Source of the DNA: Ginsengibacter sp.
Lineage (GTDB): Bacteria; Bacteroidota; Bacteroidia; Chitinophagales; Chitinophagaceae
Assembly: GCA_039922575.1 (NCBI GenBank)
Contig: JBDTEK010000137.1
Coordinates: forward strand, 1 to 49,474
Direction of reading: 5' to 3'
Length of the DNA stretch: 49,474 bases
Shown piece after piece: positions 29,858-40,022 of this stretch; within the stretch, counting starts at the first letter, position 1; each line of letters opens with the position of its first letter. The notes under the pieces are model-generated. The model was not told where the DNA came from, did not search any database, and saw only the letters and a list, made by a program, of their open reading frames with translations. Made by a program: the position numbers and the translations under genes.

Positions 29858-32584
29858 ATGTCAGCAACAAAAACTATTAAACCCTATTTACGGCTTTCAG
29901 GTTTGGAAGCACTTGTAGTGCGGCCTGAAACCCTATTCATCAATATTGGTGAGCGCACAAATGTTACCGGTTCTAAAAAATTTGCCAGATTAATAAGAAG
30001 TGGCAATTTTGAAGAAGCCTTATCAGTTGCACGTCATCAGGTAGAAGGCGGCGCCCAGGTATTGGATGTAAACATGGATGATGCCTTGCTGGACAGCGAA
30101 AAAGCAATGACCACATTTTTGAATTTATTACAGGCGGAGCCCGACATAGCAAAAATTCCGGTAATGATAGATTCTTCCAAATTCACCATTATAGAAGCGG
30201 GACTGAAATGCGTGCAGGGGAAATGTATTGTCAATTCTATTTCGATGAAAGAGGGTGAAGAAAAATTTTTGGAGCAGGCATCGGTTTGCAAAAGCTTTGG
30301 CGCAGCCGTTGTAGTAATGGCGTTTGATGAAAAAGGACAGGCAGATACTATAGAACGTAAAGTAGAAATATGCAAACGCGCATATAAAATCTTAACTGAA
30401 CAAGCTGACTATAAACCAGAAGATATCATTTTTGACCCTAACATTTTTGCGATAGCAACCGGCATCGAAGAGCACAATAATTATGGCGTAGATTTTATAG
30501 AAGCAACACGGGAAATAAAAAGAATAATGCCGCTTACAAAAATAAGTGGTGGCGTAAGTAATGTGTCTTTTTCTTTTCGCGGCAACGATACCGTAAGAGA
30601 AGCGATGCATGCGGTCTTTTTATACCACGCTATAAAAGCGGGTATGGATATGGGTATTGTAAATGCCGGCGCATTGCAGATTTACGAAAATATAGATCCT
30701 GTTTTAAAAGAATTATGTGAAGACGTAATTCTTAATCGTAAAGAAGATTCAACCGATAGATTATTAGCGTTTGCGGAAACAGTAAAAGCAAAAGGAAAGG
30801 AAATTGTAAAAGATGAAGCATGGAGAAAAGAAGATGTACAAACACGTTTAAGTCATGCGTTAGTAAATGGAATTACCGATTATATTGAAGAAGATACTGA
30901 GGAAGCACGGCAAAAATATCCGAAACCTTTAGACGTAATTGAAGGGCCTCTGATGGATGGAATGAACGTCGTAGGTGACCTTTTCGGAAGCGGAAAAATG
31001 TTTTTGCCGCAGGTAGTAAAAAGCGCACGCGTTATGAAAAAAAGCGTGAATTATTTATTCCCATTCATTGAGGCCGAAAAAGAAAAAACAAAACAAGCGA
31101 ACATTGAAGCGGGAATATTAAATGTAGAAGGCTCCGGCCCTGCAAAAATATTAATGGCTACAGTAAAGGGTGATGTACACGACATTGGTAAAAATATTGT
31201 TGGTGTGGTACTTGGCTGTAATGGCTACGAGGTAATTGATCTTGGGGTAATGGTTCCCGCGGATAAAATATTGCAGGTAGCCAAAGAAAAAGATGTTGCT
31301 ATGATTGGGCTTAGCGGACTTATTACGCCTTCGCTTGATGAAATGGTCCATGTAGCCCGTGAGATGAAAAGGAATAATGTTACCATTCCACTTCTGATTG
31401 GCGGAGCCACCACTTCGCGCTTACACACCGCCGTTAGAATAGCGCCTGAATTTGATAACGGCGTTATTCATGTGCTTGATGCTTCGAGAAGCGTAACAGT
31501 AGCGGGTAGTTTATTAAACAAAGAAACCAAAGCGGATTTTTTATCAGGGATAAAAACAGAATATGAAAAACTAAAAAAAGACTTTGGTAATAAAAGATCA
31601 GCAAAAGCCATGTTATCATTTGCTGATGCACAAAAAAATAAATCGGTAGTTGATTGGGATCATTTTACTCCGGCAAAACCATCTTTTACAGGGGTAAAAG
31701 TTTTTGATAATTATGACCTTAACGAAATTTATGAATACTTAGATTGGCAACCATTTTTTATTGCGTGGGAAATGCATGGAAAATTTCCTCAAATTTTATC
31801 AGACCCAAAAATAGGAGAAGCAGCCACAAAACTTTATGAAGAAGCACAGGCCTTCCTAAAAAATTTAATAAAAGAAAAATGGTTAATTGCAAAAGGAGTT
31901 GTAGGCTTTTGGGAAGCTAACTCCAACGGTGAAGATTCTATTGAGGTACACGATGTTACCGGGAAAAATTATAACCTGGAATTTTTACGGCAGCAAATAA
32001 AGAAAGCGCCCGGGCAACCTAATTTTTCCTTAGCGGATTTTATAAAACCATTTAAAAAGAAAGGATTACCTGATTATTTAGGAGCATTTGCAGTTAGCAT
32101 TCACGGGCTTGAGCCACATATAGAAAGGTTCAATAAAGAGTTTGATGATTACAGCAAGATCATGTTACAAGCCTTAGCCGACAGGCTTGCTGAAGCATTT
32201 GCAGAATTGCTGCATGAAAAAGTCAGAAAGGAATACTGGGGTTACGCTAAGGAAGAAAAGTTATCTTCTAAAGAATTAATTGAAGAAAAATACTTAGGAA
32301 TACGCCCCGCACCCGGATACCCGGCTTGCCCTGATCATACTGAGAAATACAAACTTTTTCAATTACTGGATGCCACCAGGAATGCTGGCATTACTTTGAC
32401 CGAATCGCTGGCCATGTATCCTGCCCCATCTGTTTGTGGATGGTATTTTGCAAATCCTGAAAGCAAGTATTTTGGAATAGGAAAAGTATCAAAAGACCAG
32501 GTTGAAGATTATGCAAAAAGAAAAAAAATGCCTTTGGATGAAGCGGAACGGTGGCTAAGGCCACAATTGGATTATGAAGTTTAA
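29858..32584 (+). CDS. metH: Cobalamin-dependent methionine synthase (pterin, B12-binding and activation domains)
   Basis: [59 protein letters not shown]. Confidence 0.97.
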   Translation: MSATKTIKPYLRLSGLEALVVRPETLFINIGERTNVTGSKKFARLIRSGNFEEALSVARHQVEGGAQVLDVNMDDALLDSEKAMTTFLNLLQAEPDIAKIPVMIDSSKFTIIEAGLKCVQGKCIVNSISMKEGEEKFLEQASVCKSFGAAVVVMAFDEKGQADTIERKVEICKRAYKILTEQADYKPEDIIFDPNIFAIATGIEEHNNYGVDFIEATREIKRIMPLTKISGGVSNVSFSFRGNDTVREAMHAVFLYHAIKAGMDMGIVNAGALQIYENIDPVLKELCEDVILNRKEDSTDRLLAFAETVKAKGKEIVKDEAWRKEDVQTRLSHALVNGITDYIEEDTEEARQKYPKPLDVIEGPLMDGMNVVGDLFGSGKMFLPQVVKSARVMKKSVNYLFPFIEAEKEKTKQANIEAGILNVEGSGPAKILMATVKGDVHDIGKNIVGVVLGCNGYEVIDLGVMVPADKILQVAKEKDVAMIGLSGLITPSLDEMVHVAREMKRNNVTIPLLIGGATTSRLHTAVRIAPEFDNGVIHVLDASRSVTVAGSLLNKETKADFLSGIKTEYEKLKKDFGNKRSAKAMLSFADAQKNKSVVDWDHFTPAKPSFTGVKVFDNYDLNEIYEYLDWQPFFIAWEMHGKFPQILSDPKIGEAATKLYEEAQAFLKNLIKEKWLIAKGVVGFWEANSNGEDSIEVHDVTGKNYNLEFLRQQIKKAPGQPNFSLADFIKPFKKKGLPDYLGAFAVSIHGLEPHIERFNKEFDDYSKIMLQALADRLAEAFAELLHEKVRKEYWGYAKEEKLSSKELIEEKYLGIRPAPGYPACPDHTEKYKLFQLLDATRNAGITLTESLAMYPAPSVCGWYFANPESKYFGIGKVSKDQVEDYAKRKKMPLDEAERWLRPQLDYEV

Positions 32585-32930
32585 AATATTTGATGATTCA
32601 GGTTTATAATTCTTAGATTTTCAATTTTCTATCCAAAGGTTCACGAGTGCATTTCAGCGATCTTTATCATATTATTGGCTCGTTGAAATCAGATTGACTT
32701 TGTTCTGTGTGTATTTCAAAATGCCCTTCTTATTGATGGTTGCCAAACTTGGAAAAAAGTGTTTCAAATATTGGGACGAAGTTTTTAAGGTGTGCAACCA
32801 ATGTGAATTTTTGAATTGAACCCATTGACTTTTGTTCTTTTATTTCTATCTATTTTTGTTTTGCAAATCACAATCCGTGTTCTGTTCTTTGGAATTATTT
32901 TTAGTAATTTTAAAATTTCCCTCTATGGAT

Positions 32931-33698
32931 ATGCGCATTATTTCTTACAATGTAAACGGAATAAGATCCGCAATAAAAAAAGGGTTTATGGATTGGCTCA
33001 ACACAGATCCTGCAGATATAATATGCCTGCAGGAAGTGAAAGCGCAGGAGTCTGATATGGATTTTGCCTCTTTTGAATCAGCGGGTTACAGACCTTATTT
33101 TTTTTGTGCGCAAAAGAAAGGTTATAGCGGAGTAGGCATTTTGAGCAAACTGCTTCCAGACAATATGCAGTATGGCCACAGCAATAATCAAAGCGATTTT
33201 GAAGGAAGGGTAATCAGGGCAGACTATGGGAATCTTACATTGATTAATGCATACTTTCCTTCAGGAACAAGCGGAGAACTCCGGCAATCATACAAATACA
33301 TTTGGATGGACGAATTTTTAGATTACCTAAACGATTTAAAAAAAACAAGAAATAAAATAATTGTTTGCGGCGACTACAATATTGCGCATGAAGAAATTGA
33401 CATTCACAATCCAAAAAGCAATAAAAAATCAACCGGCTTTTTGCCTGAAGAAAGAGCATGGTTCGACAAGTTTTTAGAAAATGGATTTGTAGATGGCTTC
33501 AGGCATTTGAATAAAGAAACAGGACAATATTCCTGGTGGAATGTAATGCGGCCCAGTACCCGGTTAGAAAATAAAGGCTGGAGAATTGATTACATTAATG
33601 TAACTGATAATTTGCTGGACCAGATAAAGGATGTAAAGATTTTCCCACAGATAAAACATAGTGACCATTGCCCTGTCTATCTTAAATTGAAATTATAA
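32931..33698 (+). CDS. xth: Exodeoxyribonuclease III / AP endonuclease
   Basis: ISYNVNGIR, CLQEVK, GYSGV, GDYNIAH, GWRIDY, SDHCP; start at MRIISY. Confidence 0.95.
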   Translation: MRIISYNVNGIRSAIKKGFMDWLNTDPADIICLQEVKAQESDMDFASFESAGYRPYFFCAQKKGYSGVGILSKLLPDNMQYGHSNNQSDFEGRVIRADYGNLTLINAYFPSGTSGELRQSYKYIWMDEFLDYLNDLKKTRNKIIVCGDYNIAHEEIDIHNPKSNKKSTGFLPEERAWFDKFLENGFVDGFRHLNKETGQYSWWNVMRPSTRLENKGWRIDYINVTDNLLDQIKDVKIFPQIKHSDHCPVYLKLKL

Positions 33699-33768
33699 TA
33701 CTTACCCAAAAATTTAAGTACCCGCCTCATCAAAAGCAATAGTAATTTTAAAACAGAAAACAGAAAAA

Positions 33769-34074
33769 ATGTACATCCACAATACTACCACAAAGGTTGA
33801 TCACGAAACTTTGGAGGAATGGCTGCGCTGGCAAAAGAAAATTAATATTCCTGAAATAATGGCTTCCGGTTATGTTAATGAATATCATTTTTGCCAACTG
33901 CTTGGGCATGACGAAACTGATGGAAAAACTTTTACTCTTCAACTTTTATGCACTTCAAAAAATGATTATGAAGGTTTTCTTAAAAATACAGAACCATTGA
34001 AAAGAGAAGAAGCGACCAAAAAATGGGGCGATCACGCGGTTTATTTTTCTAGCCTTCTCAAAAGTGTGGACTGA
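33769..34074 (+). CDS. DUF4286 family protein
   Basis: MYIHNTT..V...EEWLRW....IPEIMASG...G.TFTLQ pattern, 101 aa. Confidence 0.75.
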   Translation: MYIHNTTTKVDHETLEEWLRWQKKINIPEIMASGYVNEYHFCQLLGHDETDGKTFTLQLLCTSKNDYEGFLKNTEPLKREEATKKWGDHAVYFSSLLKSVD

Positions 34075-34317
34075 TATTGAATTACGGTTAAAGAATTTTA
34101 CGTCAATTCAAAAAGTTTTATGTACGCATTCCAATGGTAATTTCACTAATAATTTGACTAATATCCTTTACCACATTGACCTACAGAGGAAAATAAGGTC
34201 TCCTGATTTGATGGTAAATTTACTTATGAACGTTAAAAACCTTACTACCTGCGGATTTCAGGTAAAAAACGTTAAAAAAAAAAGTGCTTAAAAATATTAT
34301 TGCATTGAAAAACCTTA

Positions 34318-34325
34318 TATATTTG
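34318..34325 (+). promoter_or_regulatory. -7 box (TATATTTG) for HU gene
   Basis: Exact TAnnTTTG 30 bp upstream of ATG. Confidence 0.6.
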
Positions 34326-34354
34326 TTGCTGTTAAAAAAATCAAACAAATTATT

Positions 34355-34624
34355 ATGAACAAAGCTGAATTAATCGCCAAGATGGCCGACGATGCAGGAG
34401 TTACCAAAACACAAGCTAACGCTGCTCTAGATTCTTTTACCCAAGCAGTTACTAAAACCCTGAAAGGCGGTGGAAAAGTGACACTTGTAGGTTTTGGAAC
34501 TTTTTCTGTGAGCAAAAGAGCTGCACGCAACGGACGCAATCCACAAACCGGCGCTGTTATTAAAATTAAAGCTAAAAAAGTAGCTAAATTTAAAGCAGGG
34601 AAAGAATTATCGTCGAAAATCTGA
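34355..34624 (+). CDS. hup: DNA-binding protein HU
   Basis: MNKAELI, VTLVGFGTFSV..RAARNGRNPQTG, FKAGKEL. Confidence 0.97.
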   Translation: MNKAELIAKMADDAGVTKTQANAALDSFTQAVTKTLKGGGKVTLVGFGTFSVSKRAARNGRNPQTGAVIKIKAKKVAKFKAGKELSSKI

Positions 34625-34642
34625 TTTTCGTAAAAATTTCTC

Positions 34643-34676
34643 AAAGCAAGATGCATTGATGTATCTTGCTTTTTTT
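34643..34676 (+). terminator. Intrinsic terminator after HU
   Basis: AAAGCAAGATGCA-TTGA-TGTATCTTGCTTT-TTTT. Confidence 0.85.
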
Positions 34677-34718
34677 ATTATCATTCAAGTATTCAATAAC
34701 TAAAAATCATCAATTTAA

Positions 34719-34874
34719 ATGGGACGCGGAGATAAAAAGACCAAAAAAGGAAAAATATTTAAAGGATCATTTGGTAAAACAAGGCCTGCAAGTGTAAAAA
34801 CAAAATCTACAAAAGAAGGACAAACAAAAGAAGGACAAACAAAAGAAGGACAAACAGATAAGAAAGAAGCGTAA
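34719..34874 (+). CDS. 30S ribosomal protein THX (bTHX), 51 aa
   Basis: Manual translation MGRGDKKTKKGKIFKGSFGKTRP...; below ORF track cutoff. Confidence 0.88.
   Translation: MGRGDKKTKKGKIFKGSFGKTRPASVKTKSTKEGQTKEGQTKEGQTDKKEA
34809..34856 (+). repeat. 15-bp tandem repeat (ACAAAAGAAGGACAA) x3.2 inside THX
   Basis: Three exact copies encoding (TKEGQ)3. Confidence 0.95.
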
Positions 34875-34876
34875 AA

Positions 34877-35527
34877 TTAGGGTGCCAACCTTTCTATTTT
34901 CCACAAATTATTTTTATTTAAAGAATAGAGCAATCTGTCATGAAGCCTGCCGGGCCTGCCCTGCCAGAATTCAATTCGTTCAGGTACCACGATATATCCA
35001 CCCCAAAATTCCGGGCGTGGGATCTCTTCACTTTCAAATTGTGAGTTGTACTTCTTTTTATTTTGCTGAAGATATTCCCTGTTTTCAATTACGGAACTTT
35101 GAGGAGAACACCAGGCGCCTATACGGCTCTCTCTTGGCCTCGAAGAAAAATACTGATCGCTTTCTTCGGCAGATACTTTTTTTATAACTCCCTCAATTCT
35201 CACCTGACGTTCCATCTCTTTCCAAAAAAACAATAAAGACACAAAGGGATTTTCTTCAATTTCTTTTCCTTTTCTGCTTTTGTAATTTGTAAAAAAAACA
35301 AAACCTGATTCGTGTATGCCTTTCAACAAAACTGTTCGCGCCGAAGGCCTTGCAGACTTTGTACTTGTGGCAAGTGTCATTGCATTCGGTTCTTCAATTT
35401 TACTTTCAATAGCTTGCTGCCACCAGGTTTCAAACTGCTTTATCGGATTATTATCCACCTCGCTTTCTAAAAGAGATTGTAATTGATACACTTTTCTGAT
35501 GGCTGCCAGCGAAGTATTATTATCCAT
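34877..35527 (-). CDS. pdxH: Pyridoxamine 5'-phosphate oxidase
   Basis: PSARTVLLK, FFTNYKSRKG, RQVRIEG, EFWQGRPGRLHDR. Confidence 0.96.
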   Translation of the reverse strand: MDNNTSLAAIRKVYQLQSLLESEVDNNPIKQFETWWQQAIESKIEEPNAMTLATSTKSARPSARTVLLKGIHESGFVFFTNYKSRKGKEIEENPFVSLLFFWKEMERQVRIEGVIKKVSAEESDQYFSSRPRESRIGAWCSPQSSVIENREYLQQNKKKYNSQFESEEIPRPEFWGGYIVVPERIEFWQGRPGRLHDRLLYSLNKNNLWKIERLAP

Positions 35528-36111
35528 TATTTGGGTTTGGGGTTCTTATCTGCAAATTTAATGAAGGTTCATTGATTTGATTCAATTTAACTTTGATTAG
35601 CAAGAGATAAATTGGTAGGTTTTTCAAATCAATGATCCATGCTTTGCACTACAGCAGCATAATTGCTGAATTAGATTTAAACAACGATTGATAAAGTGAA
35701 ATCGAAAAACCAAAAAAAAGACGGTCATTTCCCTTTTCGCTTTTATACCTTATTTTTAGGAAAAAGCACTTAATAGCCACTGAGATGTAGAACTTATTGC
35801 CTTTAAACTTAAGTAGGAAAATTCTTAAAAAAATTCTTCCTTATTACCATATTGAATTATCTTATTCCGTCCCATTCAAAATAAATGAAAGCTTTTATAA
35901 TTATCCAAGAAAATGTAATAAGGTTGAATGTAATAACGAATCCTCATCTACTAAGGTTTTATAGTCTGGAGTAAATTAGTGAATCTTTTCAAACTAAATG
36001 ATTCCCTGTTTTATCTCTTGCAAAATATGAATCCTCTTTTTCAAAAGAAAAGAAATTCCATAAATAAAGTTGATCTTCCGATAAGAAATAGAGAGACTTC
36101 TATTAATAAAA

Positions 36112-36945
36112 TCACGAATTCTTATTGGAGAAAAACATTTTGTTGTGGCTCACCATCAACTCAAGGTCAGAGATCATTTTAGCCTTTTCTTCTTCATAAA
36201 GGGCAACCCGGCTCTCTAATTCTTTTACATGCTTATTCCGTGATTCCATTTCTGCTTCCTTTTTATTCATCTCTATAAGTTGCCTTCTTATATCCTCATT
36301 TTCACTTTTCAATTGTGTATGCGCGGTTTCCAAAAATGAATATTGCTTTTTTGTATTTATTTCCACAAGTAATAACTGCTCCAGTTCTTTCTCCCTTTCT
36401 GCTGCTGCTTCCAGTTGCCTTTGCAAAATACCCATATTGTCTTGCATGGATTGCAGATCATTTAATCGGGTATCATAATCACTTCGCAAGGTCGCCCATT
36501 CCAAATTATTTTTTTTTAATTCGACCGAATTATTTTCCGCATCTTCTAATTTTTGCATCAATCCATCTATCTCATTCTCTAGTTTTGTCTTCGCCTCATT
36601 TTCTTCATAATACATTTCTTTCCAATCTTCTTCATTATCTTTTTTATGAACGGATTGCACAGATCCTTTTTGGAAATCATTTGATTCTTCCAACACTTTT
36701 AACCTTTGTTGAAATTTAGAAAATTGAATTTCATAATAGGAGGTACTGCCTTCCAATGAATTCAGTTTACTCCTTAAATCTCTTAAAGTCTCATCACGCA
36801 ACGAGTCGTCAGAAGAATAATCTTTTTTAAATCCTAACGAAAATTTTTTATCCGCAGGCAAAAAATCATAACTGCTTACTATCATGCGATAGGCAAAAAT
36901 AAAGCAGGCAATAAGAACGATAAGGGATACGATCCATAACCACAT
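36112..36945 (-). CDS. Hypothetical protein: N-terminal membrane anchor plus long coiled coil
   Basis: 277 aa, hydrophobic first 22 aa, E/K/L-rich heptad-like remainder. Confidence 0.75.
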   Translation of the reverse strand: MWLWIVSLIVLIACFIFAYRMIVSSYDFLPADKKFSLGFKKDYSSDDSLRDETLRDLRSKLNSLEGSTSYYEIQFSKFQQRLKVLEESNDFQKGSVQSVHKKDNEEDWKEMYYEENEAKTKLENEIDGLMQKLEDAENNSVELKKNNLEWATLRSDYDTRLNDLQSMQDNMGILQRQLEAAAEREKELEQLLLVEINTKKQYSFLETAHTQLKSENEDIRRQLIEMNKKEAEMESRNKHVKELESRVALYEEEKAKMISDLELMVSHNKMFFSNKNS

Positions 36946-37076
36946 AAGTCATTATTTTTTATCAATAATGTGAAATAAAATGCCTGGGAGTTATTAGTAT
37001 TTTCAAAGGATAATTCCCTCTTTTGATTGAAAGAGAAAATATAGATTAAGGATAGCAGAGCGTAATATAATACAAA

Positions 37077-37790
37077 TTATCCGGTTACCAAAGTGCCCAC
37101 TTTTTCTCCGGTCACTACACGAAGTAAAGTGCCCGGAGTATCCATATCAAAAACAATAATAGGAAGCTCGTTTTCCATGCACAAAGTAAAAGCAGTCATA
37201 TCCATTACTTTCAAATTAAAAGCTATACATTCAGCAAAGGAGATGGTTTCAAATTTTTTGGCACCTTTGTCAATTTCCGGATCTGCGGAATAAATGCCAT
37301 CTACGCGGGTTCCCTTTAAAATAACGTCTGCTTTTATTTCAATCGCTCTCAAAGATCCTGCAGTATCTGTAGTAAAATAAGGATTGCCGGTGCCAGCCCC
37401 AAAAATAACCACCCTTCCTTTTTCCAAATGCCTGATGGCTCGCCTGCGTATATACGGTTCTGCAATTTGTTCCATTTTTATCGCACTTTGCAATCTTGTG
37501 TAAACGTCCTCTTTTTCAAGTGCACTTTGCAACGCCATTCCATTTATTACAGTAGCAAGCATGCCCATATAATCTCCCTGGGCCCTTTCTATACCCGTCT
37601 CCGACTCATTCATACCACGATATATGTTACCGCCGCCAATCACAATGGCCACCTGTACTCCCAGCTCTGTTATTAATTTTATATCCTGTGCATACTGTCT
37701 TAAAACACTTGAATCCAACCCGAAATTCTTATCACCCATTAAGGATTCACCGGACAATTTTAAAAGAATTCGTTTAAACTTAGGAAGCAT
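37077..37790 (-). CDS. pyrH: Uridylate kinase
   Basis: [35 protein letters not shown]. Confidence 0.97.
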   Translation of the reverse strand: MLPKFKRILLKLSGESLMGDKNFGLDSSVLRQYAQDIKLITELGVQVAIVIGGGNIYRGMNESETGIERAQGDYMGMLATVINGMALQSALEKEDVYTRLQSAIKMEQIAEPYIRRRAIRHLEKGRVVIFGAGTGNPYFTTDTAGSLRAIEIKADVILKGTRVDGIYSADPEIDKGAKKFETISFAECIAFNLKVMDMTAFTLCMENELPIIVFDMDTPGTLLRVVTGEKVGTLVTG

Positions 37791-37945
37791 ATTTTGATTG
37801 TAGATTGAATACTGTAGATTTCAGATTTAAATAAATTCGTTTTATTTTTATCGAAGTCAATTTTAAATAAATCGCTGCAAGATAAAGGAATTATGAATTC
37901 TATTCAAAGAGAAAATATAATGCGGGTGCAATTTTAATTGTCGCT

Positions 37946-38024
37946 ACCTTTCAAAGGTTGTCAACCTTGAAAAATTATTTCTAAAAGTTGTGAATAAACT
38001 TATTAAGGTTGGCAACATTTGAAA
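37946..38024. repeat. Pair of degenerate REP-like palindromes
   Basis: TTTCAAAGGTTG-T-CAACCTTGAAA (37949-37972) and AAGGTTG-G-CAACATTTGAAA (38005-38024). Confidence 0.6.
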
Positions 38025-38254
38025 TATATTGCTCATAGAATTAAAATAGTTAAAATTGTTCTTTTTCTAATTAACGGAAAAGAAAAATAGTAAATTGAAT
38101 GACATTGTAAATCCTTATTTAATTTTCCTGTAAAAAAAAATTAGTTCAAATGTAATAAAGGAGCTGATTTATTTTAAAGAATAATTTGTTTAATTGAAAT
38201 GAACTCAATTACATGAATTATCGGGGTAATATATAGTATTACTTTTTTTTACTT

Positions 38255-38704
38255 ATGAAATATCTAATTCTTTCTTTCTTATTTATATCAACTGTATTCA
38301 ATGTAAAAGCACAGCCTAGTGCTGACAGCATTATAGGGAGATGGATGTGCACACAAAATAATTTTGAAGTAGAAATTTTTAGAACTGGAAATGAGTTTAA
38401 GGCGAAAATAATTTGGTTTGATGATAGTGATGATAAAAGCCGGCCAATGAACGAAAGATTGGATATAAAAAACAGTAACAAAGCGATGAGGTCACACAAA
38501 ATACTTGGTATGGAAGTGATGCACGGACTCTTTTATAATGCAAAAAAAGAAGTTTGGGAAGACGGTAAAATTTATGATGCCACTAGTGGCAGAACATGGA
38601 ATGCAAATGTTCGACTGGAGAAGAAGGATGGGCAATTAAAAGTCAGAGGCTACTGGCATTTTCAATTTTTAGGACAAAATTTATATTTCTACAGGGTACT
38701 TTGA
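38255..38704 (+). CDS. DUF2147 family secreted protein
   Basis: Signal peptide; IIGRW, KIIW, D.KN....R...LG, WEDGKIYDATSGRTW, LKVRGY. Confidence 0.88.
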   Translation: MKYLILSFLFISTVFNVKAQPSADSIIGRWMCTQNNFEVEIFRTGNEFKAKIIWFDDSDDKSRPMNERLDIKNSNKAMRSHKILGMEVMHGLFYNAKKEVWEDGKIYDATSGRTWNANVRLEKKDGQLKVRGYWHFQFLGQNLYFYRVL

Positions 38705-38778
38705 TGTAAAGGCCGACGTGGATCGTTTAGAGGTTTAACCCTTTAGAGGTATAGGTGTTTTAATTTAATAATTCAACA

Positions 38779-38892
38779 TCAGTTTTTATAAATAAAATCA
38801 ATCAACGATCCGTATATTTCTTCACCATCTTCTAAAATCTGCGTTATCTCAAAACCATCCATACCAGGCATCTGCAGATCGAAGATAATCAC
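38779..38892 (-). pseudogene. Remnant of a response-regulator receiver domain
   Basis: Minus strand reads VIIFDLQMPGMDGFEITQIL...; phospho-acceptor motif without the rest of the domain. Confidence 0.6.
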
Positions 38893-39049
38893 AAATGAGA
38901 GGTGGATTTGAAATGACACTTTCCTACAAGGATTTCCTGAATCTCATAAATAGCTCTAGATAAAGTAAGGTGCCCGGTTATCTTTTGAGCCAATGAATGC
39001 TGAATTTTTTTAGAGAAGAGATAACATATTAACTACCACTTGACATAAT

Positions 39050-39076
39050 AAAAAACCGCCTCAAAGAGAAGCGGTT
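39050..39076 (-). terminator. Intrinsic terminator after tsf
   Basis: Minus strand AACCGCTTC-TCTTT-GAGGCGGTT-TTTT. Confidence 0.85.
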
Positions 39077-39110
39077 CCTATTTATATAAAGCTTATTAAA
39101 ATTATAATCC

Positions 39111-39935
39111 TTAACCCAATGCCACCCTTTTAAATTCAGTAACTTTTAATTCAGGATCAAGATTTTTAAGAAAATCGCTAACAGATTTGTTGCCATCTTT
39201 TACATAAGCCTGAGCAAGCAAAGTACTTTCTTTGAAGAATTTATTGATTTTTCCCGCAGCAATTTTTTCAGCCATTTCAGCAGGTTTGCCTTCGGCTTTT
39301 ACCTGTTCAATTGCAATGTTCCTTTCACGTTCAATAGTTTCGGCAGGTACTGCAGATTGATCTATTGCTATCGGATTCATAGCGGCAATTTGCATTGCTA
39401 CATCTTTTCCGGCTTCTTCATTTTTTTTATTCAGTCCCACTAAAACGCCCATGCGATAAGAGCCATGAATATAAGCTGCCACATAAGGTGCTTCTACTTT
39501 CTCAAATTTAGATACGCTGATCTTTTCACCAATTTTAGCTACCTGTTCATTAAATTTATCAGCTATGGTTTCATTGCCAACTTTTACCTGGTTCAATTCC
39601 TCAACGCTTTTTACATCATGTTCAATTACTGCATCCATGATTGATTGTGCAAAAGCAATATATTCTGCATTCTTACTAACAAAGTCTGTTTCGCAGCTTA
39701 CATTGATAATAAATCCTTTTTTATCATCAGAAGTAGTTCTCGCTATCACCACACCTTCCTTTGCTTCCCTGTCGCCACGAAGTGCGGCTACTTTTTGTCC
39801 TTTTTTTCTTAAATAATCAATAGCTGCCTCAAAATCTCCATTAGATTCTGTCAATGCTTTTCGGCAATCCATCATTCCGGCGCCTGTCTGCTGGCGAAGT
39901 TTATTTATATCCGCCGCTGTTATTGTTGTTGTCAT
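39111..39935 (-). CDS. tsf: Elongation factor Ts
   Basis: LRQQTGAGMMDCRKAL, CETDFV, AMQIAAMNP. Confidence 0.98.
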   Translation of the reverse strand: MTTTITAADINKLRQQTGAGMMDCRKALTESNGDFEAAIDYLRKKGQKVAALRGDREAKEGVVIARTTSDDKKGFIINVSCETDFVSKNAEYIAFAQSIMDAVIEHDVKSVEELNQVKVGNETIADKFNEQVAKIGEKISVSKFEKVEAPYVAAYIHGSYRMGVLVGLNKKNEEAGKDVAMQIAAMNPIAIDQSAVPAETIERERNIAIEQVKAEGKPAEMAEKIAAGKINKFFKESTLLAQAYVKDGNKSVSDFLKNLDPELKVTEFKRVALG

Positions 39936-40022
39936 TTTTTAATCTTTTATAATAATTAATTAATAATTAAAAATGGTAATTAGTAATTAATGAAAAATTC
40001 ACAATTATGAATAAGTAATAAA

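Noticed and set aside
35528-36111. Hidden gene or ncRNA in the 580-bp spacer
   Set aside because: AT-rich, no convincing ORF, repeat or stable structure seen.
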